From contig OZ316896.1 of the NCBI GenBank assembly GCA_973895155.1, positions 19,146,754 through 19,210,753 on the forward strand: a stretch of 64,000 nucleotides of DNA. The letters run 5' to 3'. This DNA is from Marsupella aquatica (lineage: Eukaryota > Plantae > Marchantiophyta). The position numbers and the translations under genes are program-made. The notes beneath the pieces were generated by a model. It made no database searches. It had not been told where the DNA came from and was given only the letters and a program-made list of their open reading frames with translations. This document shows, in pieces, positions 12,663 to 24,006 of this stretch (position 1 is the stretch's first letter; each line of letters starts with the position of its first letter).

Positions 12663-13574
12663 TTACAGTGGATAATGATGATGTGTCTTAATCGGAGATA
12701 GCCTGTCGTTGTTCTGGACCCCGATGATCCTCCTAGCTTTCTCGAGTAGTTTCGTCGAAGGGCAGGGCGAGAGGGATCTCAGAGATTTGGGTTTAGGAGT
12801 AGACAATCTGGCCTGAGATCTCTCGAATGCCAATTCCTCCTTCTCGAACTCCTGCTCTGCCTTATCGATCTTTTCCGCCCACTGAGCTAGAAGTTGGTCG
12901 ATCGAAAAGTTCGCCTCGTTCTCAGGGAGGAGCCCGATATCTCGCCCTTCATACTTGTTTTTACTCCTCTCTTCGCAATGTACCAGTCCAGTCTCTCTGT
13001 TGCTGCTGCGATGTATCGAAACCAGGCTTCCTCCTGGCTGTTTCTTTGTCAACGAGGGCTCCGATGATATGGTTCCCAGGCTCCCAGACAGAAGCCTATT
13101 ATTGCCTCTACCTATGGGAATGTTCACAGTTCTCAATAAAGAAGTCGAAGGTTTTGTCAAGGTGGTGGAATTGGCTCTGGATTTCGGCAAGAGACTTGAA
13201 TTGGCCGATGGTTTCGTCGAGAGAGTGGGACTGATTGCAGGTTTTGTCAAGAGGGTGGAGCTTGTGGTGGGTTTCGTCGAGAGAGTGGGACTGGTTGCAG
13301 GTTTTGTCAAGATGCTGGAGCCGGTGGTGTGTATTGTTAATTGGTTGGAGCTTGTGGTGGGTTTCGTCAATAGAGCGGGACTGGTTGCAGGTTTTGTCAA
13401 GAGGCTGGAGCCGGTGGTGGGTGTTGTTAATTGGTTGGAGCTTACGGTGAGTTTTGTAAGAAGGGTGGAAATTTGGCCGGTGGTGGGTTTCTCGAGAGGC
13501 AGCAGTGGTCCTCTTGCTTGCTTGCTTCTTTGTGGTGGTGGCAGACGGCCATGAGCTCGAGGTGTTCTTGACAT
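12663..13574 (-). CDS. Orphan ORF (303 aa) with ~11 Thr/Ser/Pro-rich 10-aa repeats and a C-terminal coiled-coil-like segment
   Basis: ATG at 13574 (MSRTPRAHG); repeats of the type KPATSPTLLT; non-repetitive C-terminal part FSIDQLLAQWAEKIDKAEQEFEKEELAFERSQARL stays open; no recognised domain. Confidence 0.55.
   Translation of the reverse strand: MSRTPRAHGRLPPPQRSKQARGPLLPLEKPTTGQISTLLTKLTVSSNQLTTPTTGSSLLTKPATSPALLTKPTTSSNQLTIHTTGSSILTKPATSPTLSTKPTTSSTLLTKPAISPTLSTKPSANSSLLPKSRANSTTLTKPSTSLLRTVNIPIGRGNNRLLSGSLGTISSEPSLTKKQPGGSLVSIHRSSNRETGLVHCEERSKNKYEGRDIGLLPENEANFSIDQLLAQWAEKIDKAEQEFEKEELAFERSQARLSTPKPKSLRSLSPCPSTKLLEKARRIIGVQNNDRLSPIKTHHHYPL
13145..13490. repeat. 30-bp tandem repeat with 60/90-bp higher-order structure (coding in the 12663-13574 ORF)
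   Basis: Recurrent ggttttgtcaagag.. / gggtttcgtcgagagagtgggactg / ccggtggtg..tgttaattggttggagctt units. Confidence 0.9.
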
Positions 13575-14031
13575 TTTCGTCAGAAAGGGTCTTTCTTTCG
13601 CTCGAGTGGTCTCTCTTTCTGCCGCTTTGCACAAGGTCCAGATGGAGATCTCTATAGGGGTGCAGGATCTGAGAGGCCGTCTTCTCCTTTTCCTGTTTGC
13701 GGCCTTCTTTGGTGGCAGTTGATTCTGCTCCCTGTCGGGTGAAATTAACCGCTTGCCACATGAATGTCCTACTTCACGTGAACTGCCATGCGAAGTATCT
13801 AATCCTTTCTTTCTTTCTATCTGTTTTTGGCAGTTTGAAATATATTCCCTTCTTGATCTAGTCGATCATGCATGTTCCCGACATCTAAATCCGACAGTTT
13901 ATCCATGCCGAGGGACAGAAGCTTGAATTCTCCTCTTGCGTGCATAGCAGGGGATCTGGTGTGAATTGAATCAATCATCTTTAGGTCTCTTCGGTTTCTG
14001 TTCAAGGTATCACTTGACAGACCTGATGGAT

Positions 14032-14217
14032 TGGTTGGCTGTATTTTATTTACAGTTAAAACAATCGTGAACCTTATTTGGATTGCCAACGGATCTGGTC
14101 ACCACTTTCAACTCAATCCAAAAATGGTTGACTGTATTTTGTTTACAGTTAAACAATCGTAAACCTTATTTGGATTGCCAACGGATCTGGTCACCACTTT
14201 CAACTCAATCCAAAAAT
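14032..14217. repeat. Tandem duplication, 93-bp period x2 (partial third copy near 14287-14325)
   Basis: tggttg(g/a)ctgtatttt(a/g)tttacagttaaa...ggattgccaacggatctggtcaccactttcaactcaatccaaaaat starts at 14032 and at 14125. Confidence 0.9.
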
Positions 14218-16657
14218 TGTGGATTGAATCAACCATGGCTTAGTCTTTCAGTTTCTGTGAAGGGTATCACTTAAGTAAGACCTGCTGGATTGGCTGTATT
14301 TTATGACAGTCAAACAACCGTGAACTGTTCAACGTCGGTTTCCAATTCAACGGTGAGACCAGCCTGCAACCCAAATTTTAATACGTATCTTCGGTTTCCA
14401 ATTCAACGGGAATACCTGCCTGCAACGAGCGCTACACGAAATGCCAATTTCCATACCTGTCCAGCCGTCGGTTTCCAATTCAAGGTGAGACCTGCCTGCA
14501 ACAGGGTCTACACGGAATCCCATTTTCATATCTATCCAGGATTCGGCTCAAATCGTTGTGTGCAATGGAATAGTTTGAAATTGTTGGAGGCAAAACCTTC
14601 AATATCTTCGAAAAGAGTAGGCATTCCAACGCAGGTGTGCTTTACCACAGGACCAACGAGGAATTTACTCCCAACCAGGTTGTGTGACTTCCCAACGGAG
14701 ACTCATCGGCGCTTTTGGCAACACACAAAGTGAGACTACTGTAACAGTCCAGTCTTTTGGCAACAGACCAGGTGAGACTACTGTAACAGTCCATAGTAGT
14801 TGCCATGGACAATACTTTGTTGTGGAAACCTTCTATCATTTTATTAACACTTTATGTGTGAGGTCCCTGGTCCGCATCATTCGTTCATATGGAAGGAGGG
14901 TAGAGTGACTCTGATTTGCAGTCACGTTCCACTCCCAAATCACACACCGATTAGTTCCAAAGATGAAATGCCAACAACTCAAGTTTATGGTGGTGCAGAT
15001 ACGAGAATTTTGTTGTAGAAATTGCCGGAATATGGGACTGGCCATCTGGCAGATCGACCTTGAAGACTTCACAAGAGGCCCAACTCAAAATCAAAATTTA
15101 ATATTATGCTCAGGAACTGATAGCGTGAAGTTCTTCAAACACATATTTCGCTAGTTGCAAGTTTTGTCTTCCCTTTCCCCCTACTAATCTTCTGTCCATG
15201 AGTTCTGAGCTCGCCTGTCTCTGCGTTCTACCTTATACATTCTCTCTAATCCTTTCTGGACTCATAACTGCTCTCGTGATCTTTTGCCTCTTGAACCCTT
15301 ATTTAGTAAAGCGGCTGTGTCACACGCTTTCTTTGGTACTTTCCTGTTCGTTCTTCCCCTACCTCTTTCAATTCTTGTGACTGGTTCCTCTCTGTTCCTT
15401 TCGGCTGTAGTGCATGCGGTCTATTCTTTCTAAATATAATCCTCTCTGTTCCTTTCGGCTTTAGGTCAAGTGGTCAATTCTTTCTAAATGTAATGTCACA
15501 GATTTTAATTTGGTCGTCCCTCATGCTTTTTGCCTTAACTGAAACAAGATCCATTCACGTCTTATGTTGTGACTCACAATTTTCGAACACGTATGTAATG
15601 CCTGCCTGGTGCGAGCTCATTGCCGGCAATTCCAGGTTCTACCAATGGCAATTTCCGACACATTCAATACAGTTCCAAAGCAAGCTAGGGGGACAATCCA
15701 GGGACAAACGCAGAAATTTCTTCAGCAGCGGAAATGACAATCAGTCAGTCAACACACGAGACGTTCACTGAATAAAGAAAACAAAGCACAACTTTACATT
15801 AATTTCCAACATAGACCGAACATTTGCTTCTGGATCACTTCACGTGACTCTTTACAGCAAGAATAAGCATTTACTTGTTTTAAGTAATCTGTAGTGAGCG
15901 CCGTGACGTGAAGACCATGCTCGAAAACATTACTCTTCCTCTGGTTGAAGTTGATGCGAATGACCTAGGACAATTTCATCCATTCCCCAAGTTGATCTTG
16001 GATGGAAACTACAGGTGAGTTCCTCCTAGCTATTGTTGACTGCTAATCAAATAATGCAAAGGCCATTGAACTCTTTGTTCTTCAAGTTCAGAGGTCCTCA
16101 ACATTCGTGTTTACAACATCGTCTTCCCTCAGAATCAATTACTGCATTCGCCACAAATCAGCATTACCTATGTTAAAAATTCTTTCCAGCATATCAGAAT
16201 TGAGACCCTACAAAAACTCCTTCAAAACTTCAAGAACTTTTCAAAGAAAAATAGGTAAGCGAAGAGCGAAATGTTGCGCAAGTCAAACCCACTCATATGT
16301 GCTTGTTTTGATTTCTCCAAGAACCGTTTCCAAGACTAGACTGAAATAATTTAAGCAAGGGTTTTAACATGATATGGTCATGGTCCTATTTCATGCATCA
16401 TAAATTTAAGGTCTGTTTGCCCAATGCCAGCAACTTACCCCTATATACACCACAGGCTTCGAGGTTAGCCCAAAAGACTAATGACTATATATATCACCGC
16501 GACAAAAAGGTAAGCTCGTTCTCCGAGCGGATATTTCTTAAGCTAAATGCAACACAGTTTTTCTTTGACCTTGATAGATTCATTAATGCATAAATTGTGA
16601 AAGGACAATATCAGCGAGATAATCAGAGTCTTTTCTGTTATTCTTGGGATCCAAGGT

Positions 16658-19600
16658 TTATTGAGGTACCTTTTTGTTTTTCCAGCCCTTCCATCCTTTC
16701 TTTTTCTTTCCGAACTTGTATCCCTTGTGCTTCTTATGTTTACCATGCTGGTAATGACCAGAGGACCCTACATGAAGTTTCCCAGGTTTGAACGATCCTG
16801 CAAGTTCCAACAGAAGAACAAAAATTGATGGTCAGGAGAATCACTCACCTCCTTATCTCATTTCGTCAATTCGAAACCCAATTACATCCCGGATACCCCC
16901 CCTGATTGCCAATCAACAATTTTCAAATTACACAAAAACCTCAAATCAACCTCTACAAATTACGGCATTGAGTAAAATAGCAAAACTCGAATCACAAATG
17001 ACCGTGTAAAGTTCAAATCAAGTGTACCTGGAGCAACTCCATAAACAGGAGAATAACCTGCTGGGGCAGGGTAGGATCCATGTCCATGTGCTGGTGGGGG
17101 ATATCCTGAAGCAGGATAGGGAGCACCATGAGATGACTGTGGAGGGGGGTAACCAGATGGTGGGTAGCCACCTGCAGGAGGATAGCCTGAAGGGCCACCT
17201 GAGTACTGTTGGGCTGGTGGATAGCCTGGAGCTGCTCCATAGCTAGAGGGAGCCCCATGTTGTGATCCATGTCCTCCATGTGCTGGCGGGTATCCAGCAG
17301 GAGGTCCATGTGCCGAGGGGGGGTAACCTGGGGCCGAAGGGGGGTAACCTTGGGCTGAAGGGGGATAACCTGGGGCCGAAGGAGGATAACCTGGGGCCGA
17401 AGGAGGGTAACCTCCTTGAGCCGAAGGGGGATAACCGCCTTGAGCCGAAGGAGGGTAACCTGAGGGAGGATATCCAACAGGGGCTCCATGAGCTGAAGGA
17501 TACGCTGCTGGCGGGTAACCTCCTCCCTGCGTTTTATCTTGTTTACCGACTTTCTGCAGGACCACAACCAAAGTGGATTAGAACTGTATGATCTGAAGCT
17601 CTCGCCTGACATCTTGCCAGAACAATTAGCGAACAAATGACCTTGAAGTATTGTACCCTGCCCCCAGAACATGATATATTCGTCCAAAACTAAATCTGTG
17701 GACAACTGTCCCTGTTGCTTCATATAAAATTTGATCAATCTTGTCATCAGCATACAAATCTTAATGAGTACCAAGATTGATCCAGGCGAAATTTCTACAT
17801 TCAATGAAAAAATTGAATCATACAGTTTACTATCCAGTGGCAAGTTTTCAAACATTTATGAAGATCTTCTCTGAATCTACAATTCTTCTGCGCGTCACAG
17901 GTTTCATTTCATACGCCAGCCAAAGTCTTCCATTGCTCAACTCAGAATGGGCATAGTAGGTTATAGCCTTCTCATGAGTGCGGACTGTGGACTTAAACAC
18001 GGGCCCGTTTGCCAAAGACTCTAGAACTGTGCTTCAGGAGCAGCTACATTAGCCTATCAGTATCACTTCTATCCAACAGCCTTACCAATCAGCTTTATTT
18101 ATAATTCCAGAACGAAGGCTATAAGGTATGGGTCGAAAAGGATGAGGCCTACTGCAGCTTGATCAACTAGATAGCCTGACTGATCAAGAAACTCCAATTG
18201 CATTTCAGTGAAAGCTCAGGACCAGGTAACGACCTTTGGCTGTCGTGAGTGGACGTTAATGGCAACAGCGTATGCAGTAACGGACATTACATGGGTTCAG
18301 GTTAATGAATGTATCCAAGCAAACACTGGCCAGTGACTTACCCCAGTTCCAGCACTGGAGAAATGCATAATCAGGTTCACAGCTCCAGCGCTTCTGCAAT
18401 TACAAATTCAAAACAGTCTTTAACTGACAACGCTCGTTGTAAAATCCTCCCCTTACAACCCCAAACGATTAAAGAAAGGCCAGGTATAACATTTTCTTTC
18501 CCAAAATGACATCATTGGACTTCATCCTACACAACGACTCGAGTTCTCATGACAACTCCTTGATCTTACGAGTCTTCTTTCGAGTCTTCTTTCGAGAACC
18601 TTGTTCAAAACTTTGTAGGCCATCTCATCAGCGAGAGAATTTTCTCGTAACGATCAGATCCGTTTCAACCAATGACCTGACGGAGTATACACGAATGTGG
18701 GCCTAGTTTACAATCTACGGCATGTCCTCGGACAACTCCGCATTCAGACTTCTGGCAAATTTTGGCTCTACTTTACATTCGGCATTTTAAGTCTAGCAAA
18801 GGCACTCCATTGAAAACTATTCAAACTCACTTGTTGTGCTTGGAAATCAACGTCCAGGATGTATCGTCGTAGCCACTTGATAGCACTCTGTCCAATAGCA
18901 CCCTGAAAAGAAATCACAGATGACAGAATATAATTGGAAAGACCATTTCAGTATCTCAGATTTAAGTCAGAGTCTAATGTCTTTTAAATTCTCCGGAAGG
19001 TGATTACAACTCATATTTTCCACGTCTGAAATGGTACAGAGCTCCACAGACCCAACACAGTCACCGTCACTGCAAGGACATTCATAATTTGGAGAAGCCA
19101 CGTGAAAACGAGAGGACATCGGGGACGGAAATTTTACCTTCCGGTGCCAATGTGATCGTCCACTGTTACAGTATTGCTGTTGTAGACTGCTACATTCATT
19201 TCACGTAGACCTTCAATCATAGGGATAGTAAACTTCTCGTTGAAGCTCGGATTTTTCCCTCCATCTGACAAGGCATATAGACAACCGATACAAATCAATC
19301 ATAGAATCCTTCAAGGATTGAAATTTACTTTACAGGATTTCAAATTCAATGTCGTAACAGTGTTCCTCTACTCAAGAATCAACCAGAAAATCACAATGTG
19401 AAGAGAACTCTACTATCTAACTGATGGAATCTCAATATGTGCATATTAAAATCAGAGTCTGGTTCAGAGGCTGCAGTATACCGGTATCTGTCCTTGTTCT
19501 GAATCTGCTGTTTCCATACTCAATCAGCACGTAAGGGTCTTGCTTGGAGAACCATTCCTTGTCGGTCAAGTTCCTGGCGCCAACGACTGGAAAACACACA

Positions 19601-20264
19601 CAAACGCCGTGAAATCAACAAAATCACATGGAATTCAATCCGGAAGCCTCACAAAACGGTTCTAACATCAAGTCCAATCCAACCGGTGAACTCGTGAAGT
19701 TACGTGAGTTAGCCTCTCCCGAAAAAGTGTTTTCAGCCCCGGCCTGGAATATGGCAGAATGCAGAGACCCCTACTTGCAACATAGAAACAGGGTACATGT
19801 CCCGACGTCAAAAGAAGAAAGTTCCAGATGTAAACAACTCAGTCTCCCACACAAGTCTTCCTAACGCCCTCCAGTGCTCGATCTAATCACTTGAGGTCCT
19901 TACTAATATCTGTTCATATTCCAGGCGTCCTGAGGAAGCCCGTGATGAAGAGTTCATTCTTGGAAACCGAAGAACTGTCTGTGGTATGATCTAAAGGAAG
20001 GATGTCTGGTCAAGCCCAAGTACGGTTCCATCCCATGCATTCACTGGGCCAACCCTCAGACCCAAAGCCCCGTTGAGAGGACTCATGTCTGGTGCTGTAG
20101 CGACTCGGTGGGCGTTTGGAGACAGAAAAGGATTTAGAGAAAGGAATATGAAATGCATAGCTTCCGATTCAAATCACACCAAAGGACTGAGCAGCTGGAG
20201 AGCAGCACTTACCGTTTACCTGCAGAGTCTGCCCCTGAATACCCCCTCCTGGCTTGTGAGCCAT
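16658..20264 (-). CDS. C2 (CaLB) domain protein with a Gly/Pro/Tyr XYPPX-repeat region and a Lys/His-rich tail, ~357 aa, 7 coding exons
   Basis: Exons 20264-20213, 19586-19482, 19264-19138, 18902-18831, 18393-18342, 17553-17028 and 16797-16658 join in frame via GT-AG (1074 nt). Translation: GQTLQVNVVGARNLTDKEWFSKQDPYVLIEY..RTRTDTDGGKNPSFNEKF..NSNTVTVDDHIGTGRV..AGAVNLIMHF, then GYPPSA repeats, then HGKHKKHKGYKFGKKKKGWKGWK. The last few codons could instead splice to a further exon near 16008. Confidence 0.9.
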
Positions 20265-20613
20265 CACGCTACCTGGAGTCGTCCTCGAGCACAACCAAGA
20301 TGTTCTCCTCGCCTATCCTATACTGTCCTGTCGAGGTTCACAAATCGTCTCTTATCGTCGGAGCTGCCTCAGTTCCACCGTGCATTCTCTACTTGAAGAG
20401 CTCCTTGTTGTTTGAAAACTCTCCCTCTGTTCCCTCTATTGTAGTGGAACTATTTACCTTCGCCAAGGTCCTTCCTCACTAAAGCTTCCGATGGAGCGAT
20501 AAACTTCGTCGCAATTCAGCGTAATCTGATCATTCATGGGCCGTACTTCACTCCGTCTCCTCCCTCAACCAGGTACACGGAAATTCCACAGATATAAGTA
20601 CAACGACCTCCAA

Positions 20614-20849
20614 CCGCGTCCATAAAATACTCCGGCAGCGTCAAAACAAAAACCTCGAACGATCGATCGATCACTCACTCACTCACTCACTCGGCGATTA
20701 CCTCCGTTTCTGGTTCTCACTCAATCCTCGAACACCAAATCGCCACAAACCGCGTCGTCCATAAAAACATCCGACTGCGTCAAAAGGGAAAACCTCGAAT
20801 GATCGATCTCTCACTCACTCAGCAACTCGGCGATTACCTCCGTCTCTAG
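20614..20849. repeat. Tandem duplication (~135-bp period) in the 5' UTR region of the C2 gene, including a (CACT)n microsatellite
   Basis: ccgcgtc..cataaaa..cgtcaaaa..aaacctcgaa.gatcgatc..tcactcactc..ctcggcgattacctccgt occurs twice. Confidence 0.8.
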
Positions 20850-23556
20850 AACGGCAAATTGCCACAGGACCCGAATTGACCCCAGCCGAATCGGCGAATC
20901 GCACTTCTTCTCGAGGAATTCAACACTCACGAAAGCGCGAGAGCGACTTTGCTCAGAAGCTCACGGGCGAAGCTTGGGCTGAACGTGATCGCGGTCCTCA
21001 CCGTTGGGACACCGTCGCCCCTCGCCGTATCGTCCCTTCTCCACAAAGGGGCCGGGCTCAGTGTGCCCTGCATTTTGCAGTGCCGTCCGCTTTATGCCGT
21101 CGTGCTCATCGGACCACATCATAAAGACTGCACGTGGGGAGTGACTGAGATCCGGCCGTCTGTCCCATCCCTGCTCTCTTCATCCATCCGTCCGTCTGAA
21201 CCTTTGGCGGCGTCATAGGTACAGGCCGTGTCCGGTCCCCAGGACCGCGTCCCTAAAGACGTCAAGTGCACTCTCGGGTTATCCGGCGTGCCGGCTGTCT
21301 GTCTGGCCCGGTGACTGTGAGACAGCGATTAAGGGGCGAATGTGACGCCATCACGCCGTCGACGATTATGAAAGAAGACTTCACAAGTTACGGAGCTTTT
21401 TCAGGTTTCCAGAGTTGAGCGCACCGAAAAACGAGCCAAGGAAATGCACAGTAAAATGGTACAATCATGGCAGATTAGTGCTTATTTAATTTTTAATTTG
21501 TCTTATGAGAGTGTTTTTTTCTTTTTCACTCTGGGCATTTGAGTAGAACTCACAACTTTTGATTTGTATAGGATATTTTCTCCGTTAATATGTGAATTTT
21601 TACTTTTTTATTTGTGTGGATATGAGACCCCTCTAGGTTCGTCTCTTTTACCCTTTTTGGATTATTTCAATTGCTGACAGTGCCTGACCTTTTTCATCTT
21701 GTGATTAAGAATTTCATTCATTTAGTCTATATGATTATGTGTTCTTAGTAGTACTTTGTGGCCATCCCCACTTTGGCGGGCTCCTCTATCTTGGAGCTGT
21801 ACTTTCTCCCAGTAAATGTTGCCACCCATTTTCATCCCGACTCTTTAATGAAAGTTTTTAAATAGAACTCTTGAAGACAGTAAAATTTGGTTTCGGTTAT
21901 TTTGGTTGCTATATGCCAAAAAACTCAAATTTTGTTCCACACCAGCATATGCCAATGGAAACAAATTGCAGGGGTAGATTTCCAGGATGGAAGGATTGTT
22001 CATTTATGGAAGGCAAGCTGTGAAAACTATTGTCTTCTGTTCTTAATTTCTCTAGACTACAACATTCCTTTCACAGATTTCAAGGGAATGTAATAAATGA
22101 CAGAAGGTAGGTTATTCAACACTGTATGTATCTACTTCAATGCAAGAGATCTCCGTCAATTACCACGTTTAACCTGACAGGCAAGTTGACGGCTTGCCGT
22201 GCACATAAACCGTCAAATGATGGCCAAAAAATGTACAATTTAATGCATATTATGTCTGATTCCCCCAAACTCCCCTGGACTCCAGCTCGACCCAACCCGA
22301 ATTCCAGCCCAGCCCACCCAAACTGAACCCGACCTGAACTCCCCCAGACCCCGCCCGGACTCCCCCGAACCCCCTCCGACCCCGCCTGAACGCTCTCCCG
22401 GCCCTTTTATCACCCGGCCCAAACACTGCTACCCGGACCCGAAGCCAGGAGACTGGGAGGACGGAATGATGGTCTCCAGCACCCAATTTGCAGGCAAGGT
22501 CAAACCGGGGTCAAATACATTTCCCGGAAATATAAATAGCGCTAAACTTTTGAAACGGCCGTTCTTGTAATCTACACTACTTTATTACCAGACTAACTCT
22601 GGAAACGGTCGTGTTTTGGATTTGATTTGTACCGTTCGATCCAAACTGAACCGATTCCTATAACTTGATTCGTAAAAGATTTGACCGTGCAAAGGTTTGA
22701 CCCGTGTGCCAGCACCTTCGTGGAAAGTGACTTAAGGCCTCTTTGAGTAATAACCTCAGCCCCACATTTCAACCCTCGATATTTGTTTAAGTTTTCATCC
22801 GGATCATTGAAAAAAATTTACGAGAGCAAACGTTCATTGTGCTGCAAGACCTCATGACTCATTCATCTTGGTTTGGTACCGTAGTTCTCAACCTTAATTA
22901 AATCACAGAAAGGAGTCTCAGCGCAAAAGAATATCCCACCTCCATAGGTTTAATTCTCTCACTTTAATTGAAAAGTCCATGGGAAAGCGTGAAGCTTTGG
23001 GAGACGGAACTCACAAGCGTGTCTGAGGTCAAAAAAGACCTTGAGAAACAAAAGTGTGATTGCATTTTATAATGTTTAGGTGTGACTTTTTTTGGAATTT
23101 ATTTTCTTGTTTTTAAAAGAAAAATTTGTGAAACCTCACAAAAAGAGAAGAGCCGGTTACAATAGTTAAACTCAAGACCTATCAACTTCTATTCAATTGA
23201 ACTACCACAAAATCATGTATCTCTTTAGCTGAGATTATGTACTCAGTTTTCACACCCTCCCCTTATGGTATATCAGTGTTTCAGTCGCCCAACCCCAATT
23301 TGTTTTGGTCATTATTTTAATTTTCATTTGGGCCTGGGATGGTTGGCTCCCTTGTTATTGTTTCTATCTGAAAATTACTTGAACCAACCATATATGTTCC
23401 ATTTATTATCTCAATGTAGAAATTGATTGAACCCCTTTAAGTTCATTTCTTTCTCTGCCGTTAATTGAAGGGAAAAGACTTCGTGCCCCATTTGAACTCA
23501 AAAACTGAAGGACCCAAGTTTCTACCACTAAGTCACATAGATCTACTCTGCAGACC

Positions 23557-24006
23557 TTAAGGCTGGTAGGCGCCTCACTCGGCTTCTTGGTGCCCTGGAG
23601 AACATTAAGACTGAACGATTAGAACCCCTGCTCTATTGTGAGCCCATAGGAGATGTAGTTGCTGTGAGCCCTTTGGGCTTTCCTTTGTGGTTGTGGTGGT
23701 GGTAGAGAGGGACAGTGTATTGTTAGTCCCCTTGGCTGTGAGGTGGCTGTGAGCCCTTTGGGCCTTCCTCTGTGGCGGTGGTGGAAGGGATTAATTTGCC
23801 CCCGCTGGTACTTGACTTACTTGTATTAGGCTGCTCTGACTTTGGTGGCCTTTCTGGTCCGGCTCGGGGCCCAAAAGGCTGTTATGTCTGTCTATTGCGG
23901 GGCTTGTTGCCCCCTCTTTGTGTTTCTGGCCTGCCTGGCTTCCCCTCATCCGTGGGGTTTTCGTTAAATATATATGAATTTCTTAAAAATTTGCAGAAAA
24001 AAAAAA
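23557..24006 (+). mobile_element. Retroposed non-LTR insertion (5'-truncated LINE 3' end or SINE), ~450 bp
   Basis: Ends in an A11 tail; flanked by a perfect 16-bp TSD atctactctgcagacc at 23541-23556 and 24007-24022. Confidence 0.85.

Noticed and set aside
12955-13761. Overlapping 199-aa (+) and 217-aa (-) ORFs
   Set aside because: Alternative frames kept open by the stop-free 30-bp repeat; no independent evidence of coding
17013-17855. 280-aa minus-strand ORF overlapping the XYPPX exon
   Set aside because: Shadow frame of the repeat exon; the spliced C2 gene uses the GYPP frame
22260-22450. C-rich tract (G-runs on the minus strand, G-quadruplex potential)
   Set aside because: Low-complexity sequence with no boundaries, TSD or link to a feature; nothing beyond composition can be supported
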